NCBI RefSeq assembly: GCF_018350175.1
Contig: NC_058368.1
Location: 158,598,001 to 158,662,000 of the forward strand
Origin: Felis catus
Lineage: Eukaryota
Direction of reading: 5' to 3'
DNA: 64,000 nucleotides
In this document: one piece after another, positions 1 to 11,900 of the stretch
How positions within the stretch are numbered: the first letter of the stretch is position 1
How the letters are laid out: every line of letters starts with the position of its first letter
The notes under the pieces: model-generated
Seen by the model: only the letters and a program-made list of their open reading frames with translations
Told to the model about the DNA's origin: nothing
The model's database searches: none
Made by a program: the position numbers and the translations under genes

Positions 1-2134
1 CACCAGGAATGAACAAAAGCAGGTAAGAAGACTTGTTTGCTCTGAGATGGCTTAGAATCCATGCAGCCTGTGTGGAAGGAATCTGAGTTGTACAGACACT
101 AGGGAAATTTGAGTCAATCATAACAAATTCTGGAAAATGTGCTCCTGTGAGAGGACATGAAAGAAAAAATGTTTCATGAGGACTGGCCAAAAATGGAAAT
201 GCTTTTCTCTGTTTGAAAGAGATGCTTAGCTAGCTCTAAGGATTTCCTACCTGCCTTCAAGGTGGCCAAAGCTGTTATCTGATTTATGTAGCCCAGAAAT
301 CTCCGGTAGCCAAGAAATGAGTTGGGCTGTCCTGAGTAGGACTTGCTCCAGCAGGAGCCCTGGTAGGTGGTGCTTTCCCAGGACAGCCAGATTCCATCTG
401 GGAGGAGGCAGTGCATGGACTTGGGTGGAGGCTACCCCCTCCCACAGGTGGGAAAGTGCTGCCAGGTCTCTGCAGGCAAGGAGTCTTATCTCGGATCTGT
501 GAAATAAAGGTTCTTGTGGGTTAGGCAAGAAGAGTGTGGTCCTCAGAGGTGTTCCTTGGTTGCCTTGCTGATGGTTGTCCCAGGTTAGCCCATCAGCCTG
601 CTCAATCCGTACTGAGGCTGATGTACTGTTTGCCATTAAATGTGGCTCCAAAGGACATCATACTGAGTATACAGAAGAGAACTTCAGCTCAGGGTCCTCA
701 GCCTACAGCTGCTCTGGGAAAATATCCTCTCACTCCTTACCAGACCAGTTCTGCAAATAGTTGGTAGAAAAACAGAAGACACATTTAGACAAGACTAGTA
801 AGAAGGATGGGTATTTGAAGGTATTGGGCAGTGGACTTCTATTGGAGAAGGCAGTCTGGCAAACATGACCTGTGTAACTCTTGTGTAACCTTTTGTAGCT
901 CCACTCTTCACAAGGGTTTGTTCAAGGTCATGATGTTTTGAGGCAGGTGCTTCATGATTTAGAATCCTAAGCTTATTGATGCTCCATACACACTAGTAGT
1001 CCACTTGTGCAGACTCTCCTAGGAGAGTAAGAAGCATTCCTGGGGCAGGGTAGACTCTCCCTTGCTTTATGCAGGCCAGCCAGTGGCTGGGGATGGGGTG
1101 GAGAGAGACAGGTCGATCAAATCTTATAACATCTCAAGTGGATGGTGCTACTTAGTTCCCCAAATCCTTGTATATAACTCTTCTCTCCTTTCCTACTCTG
1201 GATAAGAAATAATTTCTGGCCGTAGCAAAATAGTAGAAGCAGAAGATACCACAAGAAAAGAAAAATACAAATCAATATCCTTTATAAATAGAGATGCACA
1301 AATCAACTAAATACACAAACTGAATCCAACAATATATATATAAAGTATTATCCATTATGACCGAGTGGAATTTATTCCAGGAACACAAGGTTGGTTTGAC
1401 GTCCAAAAATTAATGTGATACATCATATCAATAACACAGAATAGAAAATAAAAATCACATGACCATCTCACCAGATGCAGAAAGAAACACTTGATAAAAA
1501 CCAACACACTTTCATGATAAAACAATAAAGTAAGATGAAAGGAGAACTTCCTGAACTGCTAAAGGGCATCAACGAATAACACATTTAGTGGTAAAAGACT
1601 GAAAGATTTTCTCCTACGATCAGGAACAAGACAATGATATCTACTCTCACTACTTCTGTGCAGCATCATACTGCAGGTTCTAGCTGGGGAAATTAGGCAA
1701 AAACAAAATAAAACAAACAAACAAAACAATAATAAAAGGCATCCAGATTGAAAAGGAATAACTAAAGCTATCTCTATTTGTATATGAAATGATCTTATAC
1801 ATAGAAAATGCTAAAGTACCAAAAAGAATGTATTAGAGCTAAGAAATGAACATAAAGGTTACAGAAGACAAGATCAATGTACAAAAGTCAGTTGTGTTTC
1901 TAAACAATAACAATGAATAAGCCAAAAATGAAATTAAAACACGAGTTTCATATACAATGGCATCCAAACGTTAAAAGACTCAGGGATAGATTTAACCAAA
2001 AAAGTTCAAGATTTGTACACTTAAAACTATAAAACATTACTAAAAGAAATTAAAGTAGACCTTAATAAATAGAAAGATCCCATGTTCGTGGGATCACTGA
2101 AACACTTAAAATTGTTAAGATGTCAATAGTCTTC

Positions 2135-2375
2135 AGGGCACTTGGGTGGCTTAGTTGGTTAAGCATCTGACTTTGACTCAGGTCATGATCTAATAGTTCG
2201 TGACTTCGAGCCCCAAGTCAGACTCTGTTCTGGGTTCTGTGCTGATAGCTTGGAGCCTGGAGCCTGGAGCCTGCTTAGGATTCTGTGTCTCCCTCTCTCT
2301 CTTCTCCTCCCCAACTCATGCTCTGTCTCTCTCTCTCTGTCTCTCAAAAATAAATAAATATTAAATTTTTTTTTC
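2135..2375 (+). mobile_element. Carnivore SINEC
   Basis: gggcacttgggtggc head, (CT)n tract, A-rich tail. Confidence 0.9.
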
Positions 2376-3021
2376 AAGCGATGTCAATACTCTTCAAACT
2401 TATTTAGAGATTCAGCACAATTTCTATCAGAATCCCAGCTGCCTTCTTTGTAGGAGCTGATGACCAGATCCCAAAATTTCATGAAAACTCAAGGAACCCA
2501 GAATAGCCAAAACAATCTTGAAAGGAAGAAAAAGTTGGAGGACTCATACAACACAATTTCAAAACCTTCTACAAGGTGACAAGAGTTAAGACAGTGTGGT
2601 ACAGGCATAAGGAGAGACATATAGATCAATGGGATAGAATTGAGAGTCCAGAAATAAACCTATATACTTATGGTGAGTTGGTTTTTGACAAGGGCACCAA
2701 GACAATTCAATGGGGAAAAATAATCTCTTCAACAGATAGTGCTGGGACCACTAGATATCCATATGTAAAAGAATGAATTTGAACCACTACCTCATACCAT
2801 ATACAAAAATCAACAATTAATTAAAATGGATCTAAATGTAAGGACTAAATGTATTAAACTCTTAGAAGAAAAACAGCTGTAAATCTTCATGACCTTGAAT
2901 TAGGTAATGGCTTTTAAGATATGACACCAGAAGCACAGGCAACAAAAGGGAAAATAAATCTGAGTTGATCAGAATTTAAAACTTTTGTGCATCAAAGGAC
3001 ACTATCAAGAAAATAAAGAGA

Positions 3022-3260
3022 GGGGCGCCTGGGTGGCGCAGTCAGTTAAGCGTCCGACTTCAGCCAGGTCACGATCTCGCGGTCCGTGAGTTCGAGCCCC
3101 GCGTCGGGCTCTGGGCTGATGGCTCGGAGCCTGGAGCCTGTTACCGATTCTGTGTCTCCCTCTCTCTCTGCCCCTCCCCCGTTCATGCTCTGTCTCTCTC
3201 TGTCCCAAAAATAAATAAACTTTGAAAAAAAAAAATTTAAAAAAAAAATAAATAAATAAA
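3022..3260 (+). mobile_element. Young felid SINEC_Fc-type element
   Basis: CpG-rich, near-consensus ggggcgcctgggtggcgcagtc head; flanking repeat aaataaagaga. Confidence 0.93.
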
Positions 3261-3387
3261 GAGATACACCAAAGAATGACACAAAATATTTTCAAATCAT
3301 ATATCTGATAAGAGCTTGGTATCCAGAATATATAGAGAATTCATATAATAACAATAAAAAGACAACCCACTTAAAAAGTGGGTAAAG

Positions 3388-3511
3388 GGGGGTGCCTGGG
3401 TGGCTCAGTTGGTTGTCTTGACTCTTGGTTTGGGCTCAGGGCATGATCTCATGATTTGTGGGTTCTAGCCCCTCATGGGGCTCCATGCTAACAGCATGGA
3501 GCCTGCTTGGG

Positions 3512-3577
<66 letters not shown>

Positions 3578-3630
3578 CTGCTCACACACACATTCTCTCT
3601 CAAGATAAATAAATAAACTTAAAAAAATAA
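3388..3630 (+). mobile_element. Carnivore SINEC with expanded (CT)n
   Basis: SINEC head, long CT microsatellite and A-rich tail. Confidence 0.88.
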
Positions 3631-4588
3631 TAAATTTAAAAGACGGAGAAAAATTCTGAATAGACATTTCTCCAAAGATATATAAATAGTCAGCAAGTAC
3701 ATGAAAAGATACTCAACATCATTAATCACCAAAAAATGCAAATCAAAACTCTTTCATATTCACTTCACATTTATGAGGATAGTTATACTCTAAAATATGG
3801 AAAATAATAAGTGTTGGTGAGGATATAGAAAAATTGGAACTCTCATACATTGACTGGTGGGAATGTAAAATATAGAGATCAGTTTAGCTGTTCCTCAAAG
3901 GGTTAAACATAGAGTTACTGTAAGACCCAGCAATTTCACTTTCAGATGCCACAGAATTCAAAACAATGTTTATACAAAAATTTGTAGATGAATATGTGGA
4001 TGTTCCTAGCAACATTATTCATAGTAGCTAACAAGCAGAAACAACCCAAATGTCCATTAATTAATGCATAGGTTACTAAGGAAAGCAGTATATTCATTCA
4101 AAGAGAAATACTGACCTGTAAAAAGTAATGATACATGCTACAACATGGATAAAGCTTGGAAACATTATACTAAGCAAAACGTGGGAGGAGAGAAATCTCA
4201 TTGAGAAGGCCTAACAATTCGACTATTGTCTTCTTTCCTTCACTCTTCTGATCCTGGACAGCTTGTGCTGGGAATCTGAATGATGTGCTACGTCATATCT
4301 GTGAACTACAAATGCCCAACATTGCTTCAACAGCCTTTCTTAGAGAACTTGGTACTTAAGCTTATGGTTGAGTTATGTACCTCTCTACCCCTTTCACTGT
4401 AGCTCAGTCAAGGTTGATTGGACTAGGAATGAACATGTGGCATAGAGGAAACAAATTACAATTTGGGTAGATCCAGTCAAATTCTCCAAACTTCACAACA
4501 TTGGGGCTTGGAGGGACTCAATTCATTAATTCACAGTGACTGGCTGGATTTATGAAGCTGATTTTTAAGGCATACTCTGCTGCAATGG

Positions 4589-5046
4589 TAGAGTGACCAA
4601 TTCCTTCTGGTTTTCCTGAGACTTCTATGGTTTTTTTAAAAAATTTTTTTTCAACGTTTTTTATTTATTTTTGGGACAGAGAGAGACAGAGCATGAACGG
4701 GGGAGGGGCAGAGAGAGAGGGAGACACAGAATCGGAAACAGGCTCCAGGCTCCAAGCCATCAGCCCAGAGCCCGACCCGGGGCTCGAACCAACGGACCGT
4801 GAGATCGTGACCTGGCTGAAGTCGGACACTTAACCGACTGCGCCACCCAGGTGCCCCGAGACTTCTATGGTTTTAACACTTCCCTGGTTTTAACACAGGT
4901 ATTTTCATGATACTGTTTTTGATTTTAGTGAGGGATAAATTTCTTAGAAAACATTCATGTGATAAAGCACAAATTAGCACAGTAGAAGCAACATCTGTGT
5001 TTTAATATATGCCAGTTTCAGGCAAACGGGGCAGTTTGTCACCCTA
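4589..5046. mobile_element. hAT-type MITE relic (MER96-like) with internal insertions
   Basis: Imperfect terminal inverted repeats tagagtgacca ... ttgtcacccta; family name from memory of the consensus. Confidence 0.5.
4635..4857 (-). mobile_element. Young SINEC_Fc with 17-bp target-site duplication
   Basis: Perfect TSD gagacttctatggtttt at 4618-4634 and 4858-4874. Confidence 0.93.
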
Positions 5047-5789
5047 GAAGGGCACCGTTGTAGAGCACGTATACACACTTGTGCAGAAATAGACAAGGGA
5101 AGCAGAGATATGAAAGCAGAGATGTAGACGTACAGGGTCAGTCAGTGAAATCAGTGAGAACTGCTGCCATGATTCCTGATGATTTTCCAGTTCCTTCCTC
5201 TACCCACCTATTCATCCATTTATTGGACCAAAGTTTATTGAACATTCACCCTGTTTTAGGCAATTTGGTATGGCCAGAGACGGCCTTGAGGTCTGGGTTT
5301 ACTTCCCACTTTTGGATTTTCCAAGATATCCAAAACCCTTTCAATAAACTCCATTTTATGTTCAGTAGGTCTCTATTCCTTGCAACCAAAGTATCCTTAA
5401 AATACTTGTCTGCTAAAATGATGGAAGGGACAGGGAAGAGGGCAAGAAAAGGGTGTTTCAGCTTAAAAATTCCGCAACTTTGCATCAATGTGTACACTCC
5501 CCTGTTTATGGTATATGCCAACCAGTGTCTTCCTGCAGGACCAAGTTTGGGAACAGTGACACCCGTAGATCTTAATGGCTGGCAACAGGAAAGCTAAGTG
5601 GACATTTTAGACATGTGCCTTGGATGAAGAAAACTTCCAGGGTTCTAAAAGTTCTCCAGTGAGTCCTGGATTTTCACGCTAGACCAGTGACTTTGAAATG
5701 TTTTTTACTTCTACCCAGAGAAAGACATATAGTAAATATAGCAGATATCACTATGGGCTATTCTGTAGCAATTAAAAGGAATGGACCAG

Positions 5790-6020
5790 AGTATAGATAA
5801 TATATATATAATATATATATAATATATATACATATATTATATATATAATATATATAACAAAAACATTTATGTTTTTATATATTATATATATTATATATAG
5901 TATATATATAACAAAAACATTTATGTTTATGTTTTTATATATTATATATATATGTGTATGTATATATATATATATATATACATATAACAAATATGTATAT
6001 AACAAAAAATATTATAATGT
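5790..6020. repeat. (TA)n-rich low-complexity tract with internal ~40-50 bp repeats
   Basis: Recurrent tatatataacaaaaacatttatgttt units. Confidence 0.9.
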
Positions 6021-6519
6021 TTACCTGTGGGGGAACAAGGAGGTAAGTGAAAGTGGAGGATGGGGAATTAAGGGAAATAAAACAAGAGATAGAGCTTCTG
6101 CTGACCAATGAGAGGATATGAAATAAACTAATTCGTGTAATTTAGATTTTTTAAAATACATTTTACGTTGTAACCCAATACAGATATGTGTATGTTTAGC
6201 TGTAATGGATGTTTCACAAATCATTATTTACCTTGATTATGTTCAATATTCCCTACTTTTGTCTTCTTTGATTTTTTAAAATCTTAGTCACAACCCCTAA
6301 ATTGTTTTCACACCTTGCTAATGAGATAGGACCTGTAGTTGGAGAACTGCACTGCACCTCAGTGAAAAGCACACTGCTCAACACTCTCTGACAAAGGCTC
6401 CAGAACCATTTAAGCACAGATGTTTTTGCAAAGAAAGAAAACAGTTTGCCTCGTTTCCATTTTTTACAGATACATTTTGAATTCATTTCTATTTCTGTTT
6501 GAAATTTAGAAGTACAATG

Positions 6520-7260
6520 TTGCAGGCAAAAAATGGTTCCCCCAAAGAAGTCCATGTCCTAATCTTAGGAAACTTTGTATTTGTTTCCTTACATGGCAGA
6601 GGAGAATTAAATTTGCAGATAGCATTAAGGTTGTCAATAGCCAACTTTAAAATTGGGAGACTATCCTGTGTTATCTAGTTGGGCCCGATGGAGTCACAAA
6701 GGTCCTTAAAAGTGGAAAAGGTATGGCACCTGGTGGCTCAGTCAGTTGGGCTCCTGACTTTGACTCAGGTCATGACCTCATAGTTTGTGAGGTCAAGCAC
6801 TACATTGGGCTTGGGGCTCACTGATGTCAGTGCAGAGCCTGCTTCATATCCTCTGTCCCCCTCTCTCTGTCACTCCCCTGCTTGCACTCTCTCAAAAATA
6901 AATAAGAAAACATTAAACAGTGGAAAAGGGAGACAGATCAGAAAGATGCAATGTGAACAGGACTCCACTTGCTTTTGCTGCATTGGAAGATGGAAGAAGA
7001 GAGCCACCAGCCAAGGAGTGTGGGCTGTGGGTTGACTCTAGAAGCTGGGGGGAAAAACAAAACAAACAAACAAACAACAACAACAACAAACAAGGACATG
7101 AATCTTACCTAGAGCCTAAAGAAAGGAATTCAGCCTTACCAATGCTTTGATTTTAGCTGGTGAAACCAAATCAAACTTCTGGCCTACAGAACTGTAAGAC
7201 AATAGTTTTGTGTGTTTAAGCCACTAAAACTTGTGGCAATGTGTTACAGCAGCAGATGCA
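6520..7260 (+). mobile_element. MaLR (MLT1-like) LTR interrupted by a SINEC (~6725-6915)
   Basis: MLT1-type motifs: cccccaaagaagtccatgtcctaatc ... cttctggcctacagaactgtaaga ... tttaagccact ... tgttacagcagca. Confidence 0.8.
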
Positions 7261-8014
7261 AAAATAATTTATGAGTACAGTTAGAAAAGCTGGATCTATT
7301 CGATTGCTAAGAAACTGGTAACTACAAATCCCATAATTCTAACCTCTGAGGAAGGAGCTCTAAGCTTCAGATAAGTTTTACAAATTCAAGCAGAGCTGCT
7401 TGGCAACAAGAAAAATAAACAGTTTCAGGAGAAACCCACAGGAGATTGGAATCGCCAATGTCTTCCTGACTGTGTCTCTTGGTACAAACTTCTGCTTTTT
7501 ATCTGCTTTTAACTACTTTTAAAAATCCAGGGAGCGATTCAAAAGACATGTACAGATCATGATAATTTTTTCAAGTATGGGAATTAATGGGGTGGTAAAA
7601 ATTGAAGAAACAATGGCTCCTGGGGAATTCTTGAGTACTCTAAATCAGCAGATTTATATCTAAACCAGCAGTTACTAATGTCTTTTGGGTCACAGATTCA
7701 CTTGAAATTTCTTTTTAGAAAAATGTGCATATATACCTATACACATTTTGCATTTGTTTTACTGATGTTACAGGCATCTTAATCTTTATAAGCCCAAGCT
7801 CACAAACAGCTTGTCTAAGTAGGTATTTTCATGATATTGCATTTGATTTTAGTGAGGGATACATTTCTTAGGAAACATGCATGTGATTGAGCACACATTA
7901 GCACATTAGAAGTAATACCTGTATTCTAGTTAACTATGAGAGACTAGATTTTTTTCAAAGGCTTTTTGTTTTTGTGGTCAGTAGGTTCCAGATCTAATAC
8001 TTCATTGAGAAAGG

Positions 8015-8168
8015 ATGTGGACTCTCAAATACTACAACTGTGAGTGCTGTGGGAGTGATTTTGTCAGCTGCAAGGCTCTGAAGTATCACTTTCAACAGAA
8101 GCATTTTGGAAAAGTTCACTATGAAAAATTTGGCCAAGAAGTCCTGAGGGAGAAGCTCCAAGATCACA
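8015..8168 (+). CDS. OAS-like gene coding exon 1: C2H2 zinc finger (YNCECCGSDFVSCKALKYHFQQKH)
   Basis: ATG at 8015 has A at -3. A pyrimidine tract and NAGNAG acceptor lie at 7979-7984. The peptide fits Y-x-C-x2-C-x3-F-x5-L-x2-H-x4-H. Donor CA|gtaagg at 8168/8169 is phase 1, matching the acceptor at 12055. Confidence 0.72.
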
Positions 8169-8874
8169 GTAAGGTACAAGTGGGAAAAAGTAGGGGAAAA
8201 CTTGGGGTTTCCCCCCACTTTTTCTAAAAAAAAAACCCACTGCTTTTTATTTGTTGTTTTTGGGTATTAATTCTCTTCATGGAGATTAATTAACAAGAAA
8301 GTAGAAATTAAAACAAAACTCCAGGTCCTAGGCCACCTGGTGGGATGAAGTAGTTAAAGCGGCATGTCTCAGTCCTGCTATAAAGGATCTGTCTCGTAGG
8401 ACTGCTGTTAGGGACACTCAGCAGAGTTCACGGGACATGAGTGTTGTATCCAGGGCAACTGCTACTACTGGAATTATTTTTCCAAAATGCTTATGTAGTG
8501 ACAGGATTCTCACAATCCTAGACTTTTTACTTTTTTTTTTTTTTTAAGTTTCTTTCTTTTGAGAGAGAAAGAGAGCACAAGCAGGGGAGGGGCAGAGAGA
8601 GAGGGAGAGAGATACCTCACAAACTGTGAGATCATGACCTGAGCCGAAACCAAGAGTTGGCTGCTTAACTGACTGAGCCACCCAGGCACCCCTAGAATTT
8701 TTACTTTTAATGGAAGCTTAGAAGTAGATAAATATACTTTCCCTCCTTCCTCCACCTCATTTTACAAATGAGGGAACAAAGCCCCGATTAGGTTAAATGA
8801 TTTTTCTAAAGCCTCCAGAGAGAATAAAAAGAGCCGGGATTTTATTCTTCTGATTTCATAAAACAAAACCTGGT

Positions 8875-8939
<65 letters not shown>

Positions 8940-11900
8940 TAGATATATCTTTTTTTCCCAGCACTGTAGTTCTCATGGTTCATCCATTAATCTACAGTAG
9001 TTTTCTATCTATATCAAAAGAACCAATGGGCTTTGCTATGTTTTGAAAACACAGAATGAGAATCTCTGTGCTCATGAATGGGAGCATTTAGTGAGAAGCC
9101 AAATCAAGTCCAGCAGATCTTTCAAAGAGCTCTTATAATTCCTATGTTATGTGTTTACCTTTTCTCAGTCTTTACATGACAGGTCAGCCATGGAGACACA
9201 CAAGCTCAACTGGGAAAATCTAGAAGAAAGGAATATAAAGCATATGGCTGCAGAAATATCAAAAACCTGCAGGATGTGTTCTAGGCACTTTGGAACCATC
9301 CTTAGTCGGGAGAAGCATGAAATACAAGAACATCACTTCACAGCCAGAAAAAGAGGTAAAAGAGAAGCCTGGCTCTTTCTCTCTGTGTATATTTACGCAA
9401 CATAGAAACCATATTTTGATTTTCCCTCAGTGCAAGGCTTTAGGGGTTGTTTCCAGGAATAGGTAATAGAGAACGATAGAGGATGAAACCAGATGTGGCT
9501 TGAGACTATCCTCTCTTGGAGTGGCAGGGACGAAGTAAAATTTTGCAAAGCCAAATCTGAAGAAGAAGCTGGGAAACCAAAGTGTCATTCAAAGAGACAA
9601 CACAGTTCATGCAGTTCTGTGGGCTTTCAGTCAAAAGTGGGGCAGCATCAGGAATTCAGGTGGGAGTCAGGTAATGGTCTATCCATGTCAAAAATAGCCA
9701 CAAAACTAAGATATTACACCTTTTCCTCTCGTGTTTGTGGTCTGTGCTCTAAACTAACTTGTGGTTGCTGGTCTATGAAAGAATTTTAATCAATATAATT
9801 TTTTTTCAGGAAATAATAATTGATTCTGGATACAGAGAGGTCACTGGAAAGTAATCATTTTGTGATGAACTTACCCTAGACTAGTATATAAATTGGATAT
9901 TATGTTTCAAGCAAAAGAATCAAAGTTTAAAAAAAAAACCCACATAATCTGTTAACTTGGCATAATTGATAAAACTTAAACAAGGGGCTATGTATCCCTT
10001 GAGTGTTGATATAAAGTCTCTTGTTACTGATTATTTCTGAGTATGTTCTGATTTCCATTATGATTTCTTCTGTGATACATGATTTATTTAAAATATGTGG
10101 TTCTTAAAATTTCTTAAAGCAAGGAGTATTTTTAGTTATTTTGTCACTGACTTCTCATTTAGTTGCATGGTGGCCAGAGAATGTAATCTGTGGGACATTA
10201 CTTGTCTGAAATGTGCTGAGTTTTATCTATAGCTGAGTATATGTTCAGTTCTTTCTTGTTAACATTATTTATTTATTTTGAGACAGAGACATAGCGAGAG
10301 AGAGAGAGAGGGGTGTGTGAGGAGGAGAATTCCAAGAGGGTTCTGCACTGACAGTACCAACTTGGGGCTCAATCTCATGAACTGCAAGATCATGACCTCA
10401 GCCAAAACTAAGAGTTGTATGCTTAACCAACAGAGCCACCCTGGTGCCCTGAGTGTGTATTCAATTCTTGTGAATGTTCTATATGTGTTTGAAAAAGAAA
10501 GTCCAGTTGAAAGTTCATTCCAGAGAGAATTAGTGAATTCTTTAAGGCACTTGAGCCCTTTTCTAGCCAGAAGCCTCTCTAAAATGAATTCTCGGGGTGC
10601 TAGGGTGGGTCAGTCGGTTAAGCCTCTGACTTTGGCTGAGATCATGATGTCTCAATTCGTGGGTTTGAGCCCCATGTCAGGCTCTGTGCTGACAGCTCAG
10701 AGCCTGGTGCCTGCTTCAGATTCTGTGTCTCCTTTTTCTCTCTGCCCCTCCCCTTCTCATGCTCTGTCTCTATCTCTGTCTCTCTCAAAAGTAAAAAAAG
10801 AAACATTAAAAAAATATTTTGATGAATTCTCAGTGATAATATGAATTTATTGTATAAACCTGAATGAGGGCCACTTTGTGACTGCAGATACTTAGGGATT
10901 TTTTTCCTGATCCTTCCAATGCAAAAGTTATGAAAATTTCTTTGCTGTTGAAGGGGATCAGGATATGCCACCCCTAATTATGCCAATTTGGTGTATTGGT
11001 TATTTGGAGCCAAGGCAGTTGAGAAACAGTAAATACAAGAACTCCCTGCTCTCCCCCTTTCTGCCTAAAAGCAAGCCATAAATTCTCTCTCTCTCTCCTG
11101 TACTGAGATGAAGAGAGTAGCCTTTATCACTGATAACCTAGAGCCGGCACATGAGTGTTTCCAAACAAACCTTAATAGTTTTCTTAATAGTTAATAGAGC
11201 TTAATAGCTCCCCCTGTGTATTTCCTAGTCACCTTCCCACAATTTATTGGCCTTCAAAGCTCCGGACTCCCTTCCTTCTGTCTACTCACTTCTCCACAAC
11301 ATATTATATTTTAAGTGGCATACAAACCCCCAAGTCTCACCGCTACTTTGAATTTTCATTTCTTTTCTGTAAAGAGACCTATGCACATTAAAAAAATATA
11401 TTAGCATCAGTAAAATTTGAATGCCTCTTCTCCTGTTAATCTGCTTTTCTCAGTTTAGTTCACATGCTCCATTCGTTGAACCTAGCAATTCAGTTATGCA
11501 CTTCCTTCTCGTGAAGGATGTGGTTAGTCTTGTCAGCTCTTCTGGCTCAAAACACACACCTACGATGTCCCCATTAAAAAAAAAAAAAAGTACTATCTTC
11601 TGATTTTTAGGTGTTGGCTCAGTTTTTTCTTTTTGAAAACACTGTGCAGGCCAAACCAAACATTCTGTAGGCAGAATATGGCCTCTGGACTGACAGTTTG
11701 AGACCTTTAATAGATGGTTTAACTTGGAATTCTGTACCTTGGGGTCATTTTGTTGAAACTTGTTAACATATATGTTTTTCACTTAGAAACTTAAAATGAT
11801 TGAGGAAATTGGAACAAAGATTTTTTTTCCTCATACAAGAATGTCTGAATATCTGTTCAGCCATTTCTCTATAGAGACCTAGGGTTCAATGTCAGCTAAG

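Larger units (their letters stand above)
1240..4180 (+). mobile_element. Degraded LINE-1 (ORF2 3' half and 3' UTR), interrupted by three SINEs
   Basis: L1 ORF2 remnants, e.g. ORF 2576-2776 KTVWYRHKERHIDQWDRIESPEIN, plus typical L1 3' sequence (acaacccaaatgtcca; catgctacaacatggat). Confidence 0.9.

Noticed and set aside
3005..4833. Recurrent ORFs such as ERQSMNGGGAEREGDTESE and WVAQSVKRPTSAQV, also seen elsewhere in the window
   Set aside because: These are translations of SINEC copies, not genes.
5772..6111. Ile/Tyr-rich ORFs
   Set aside because: Artefacts of the (TA)n tract.
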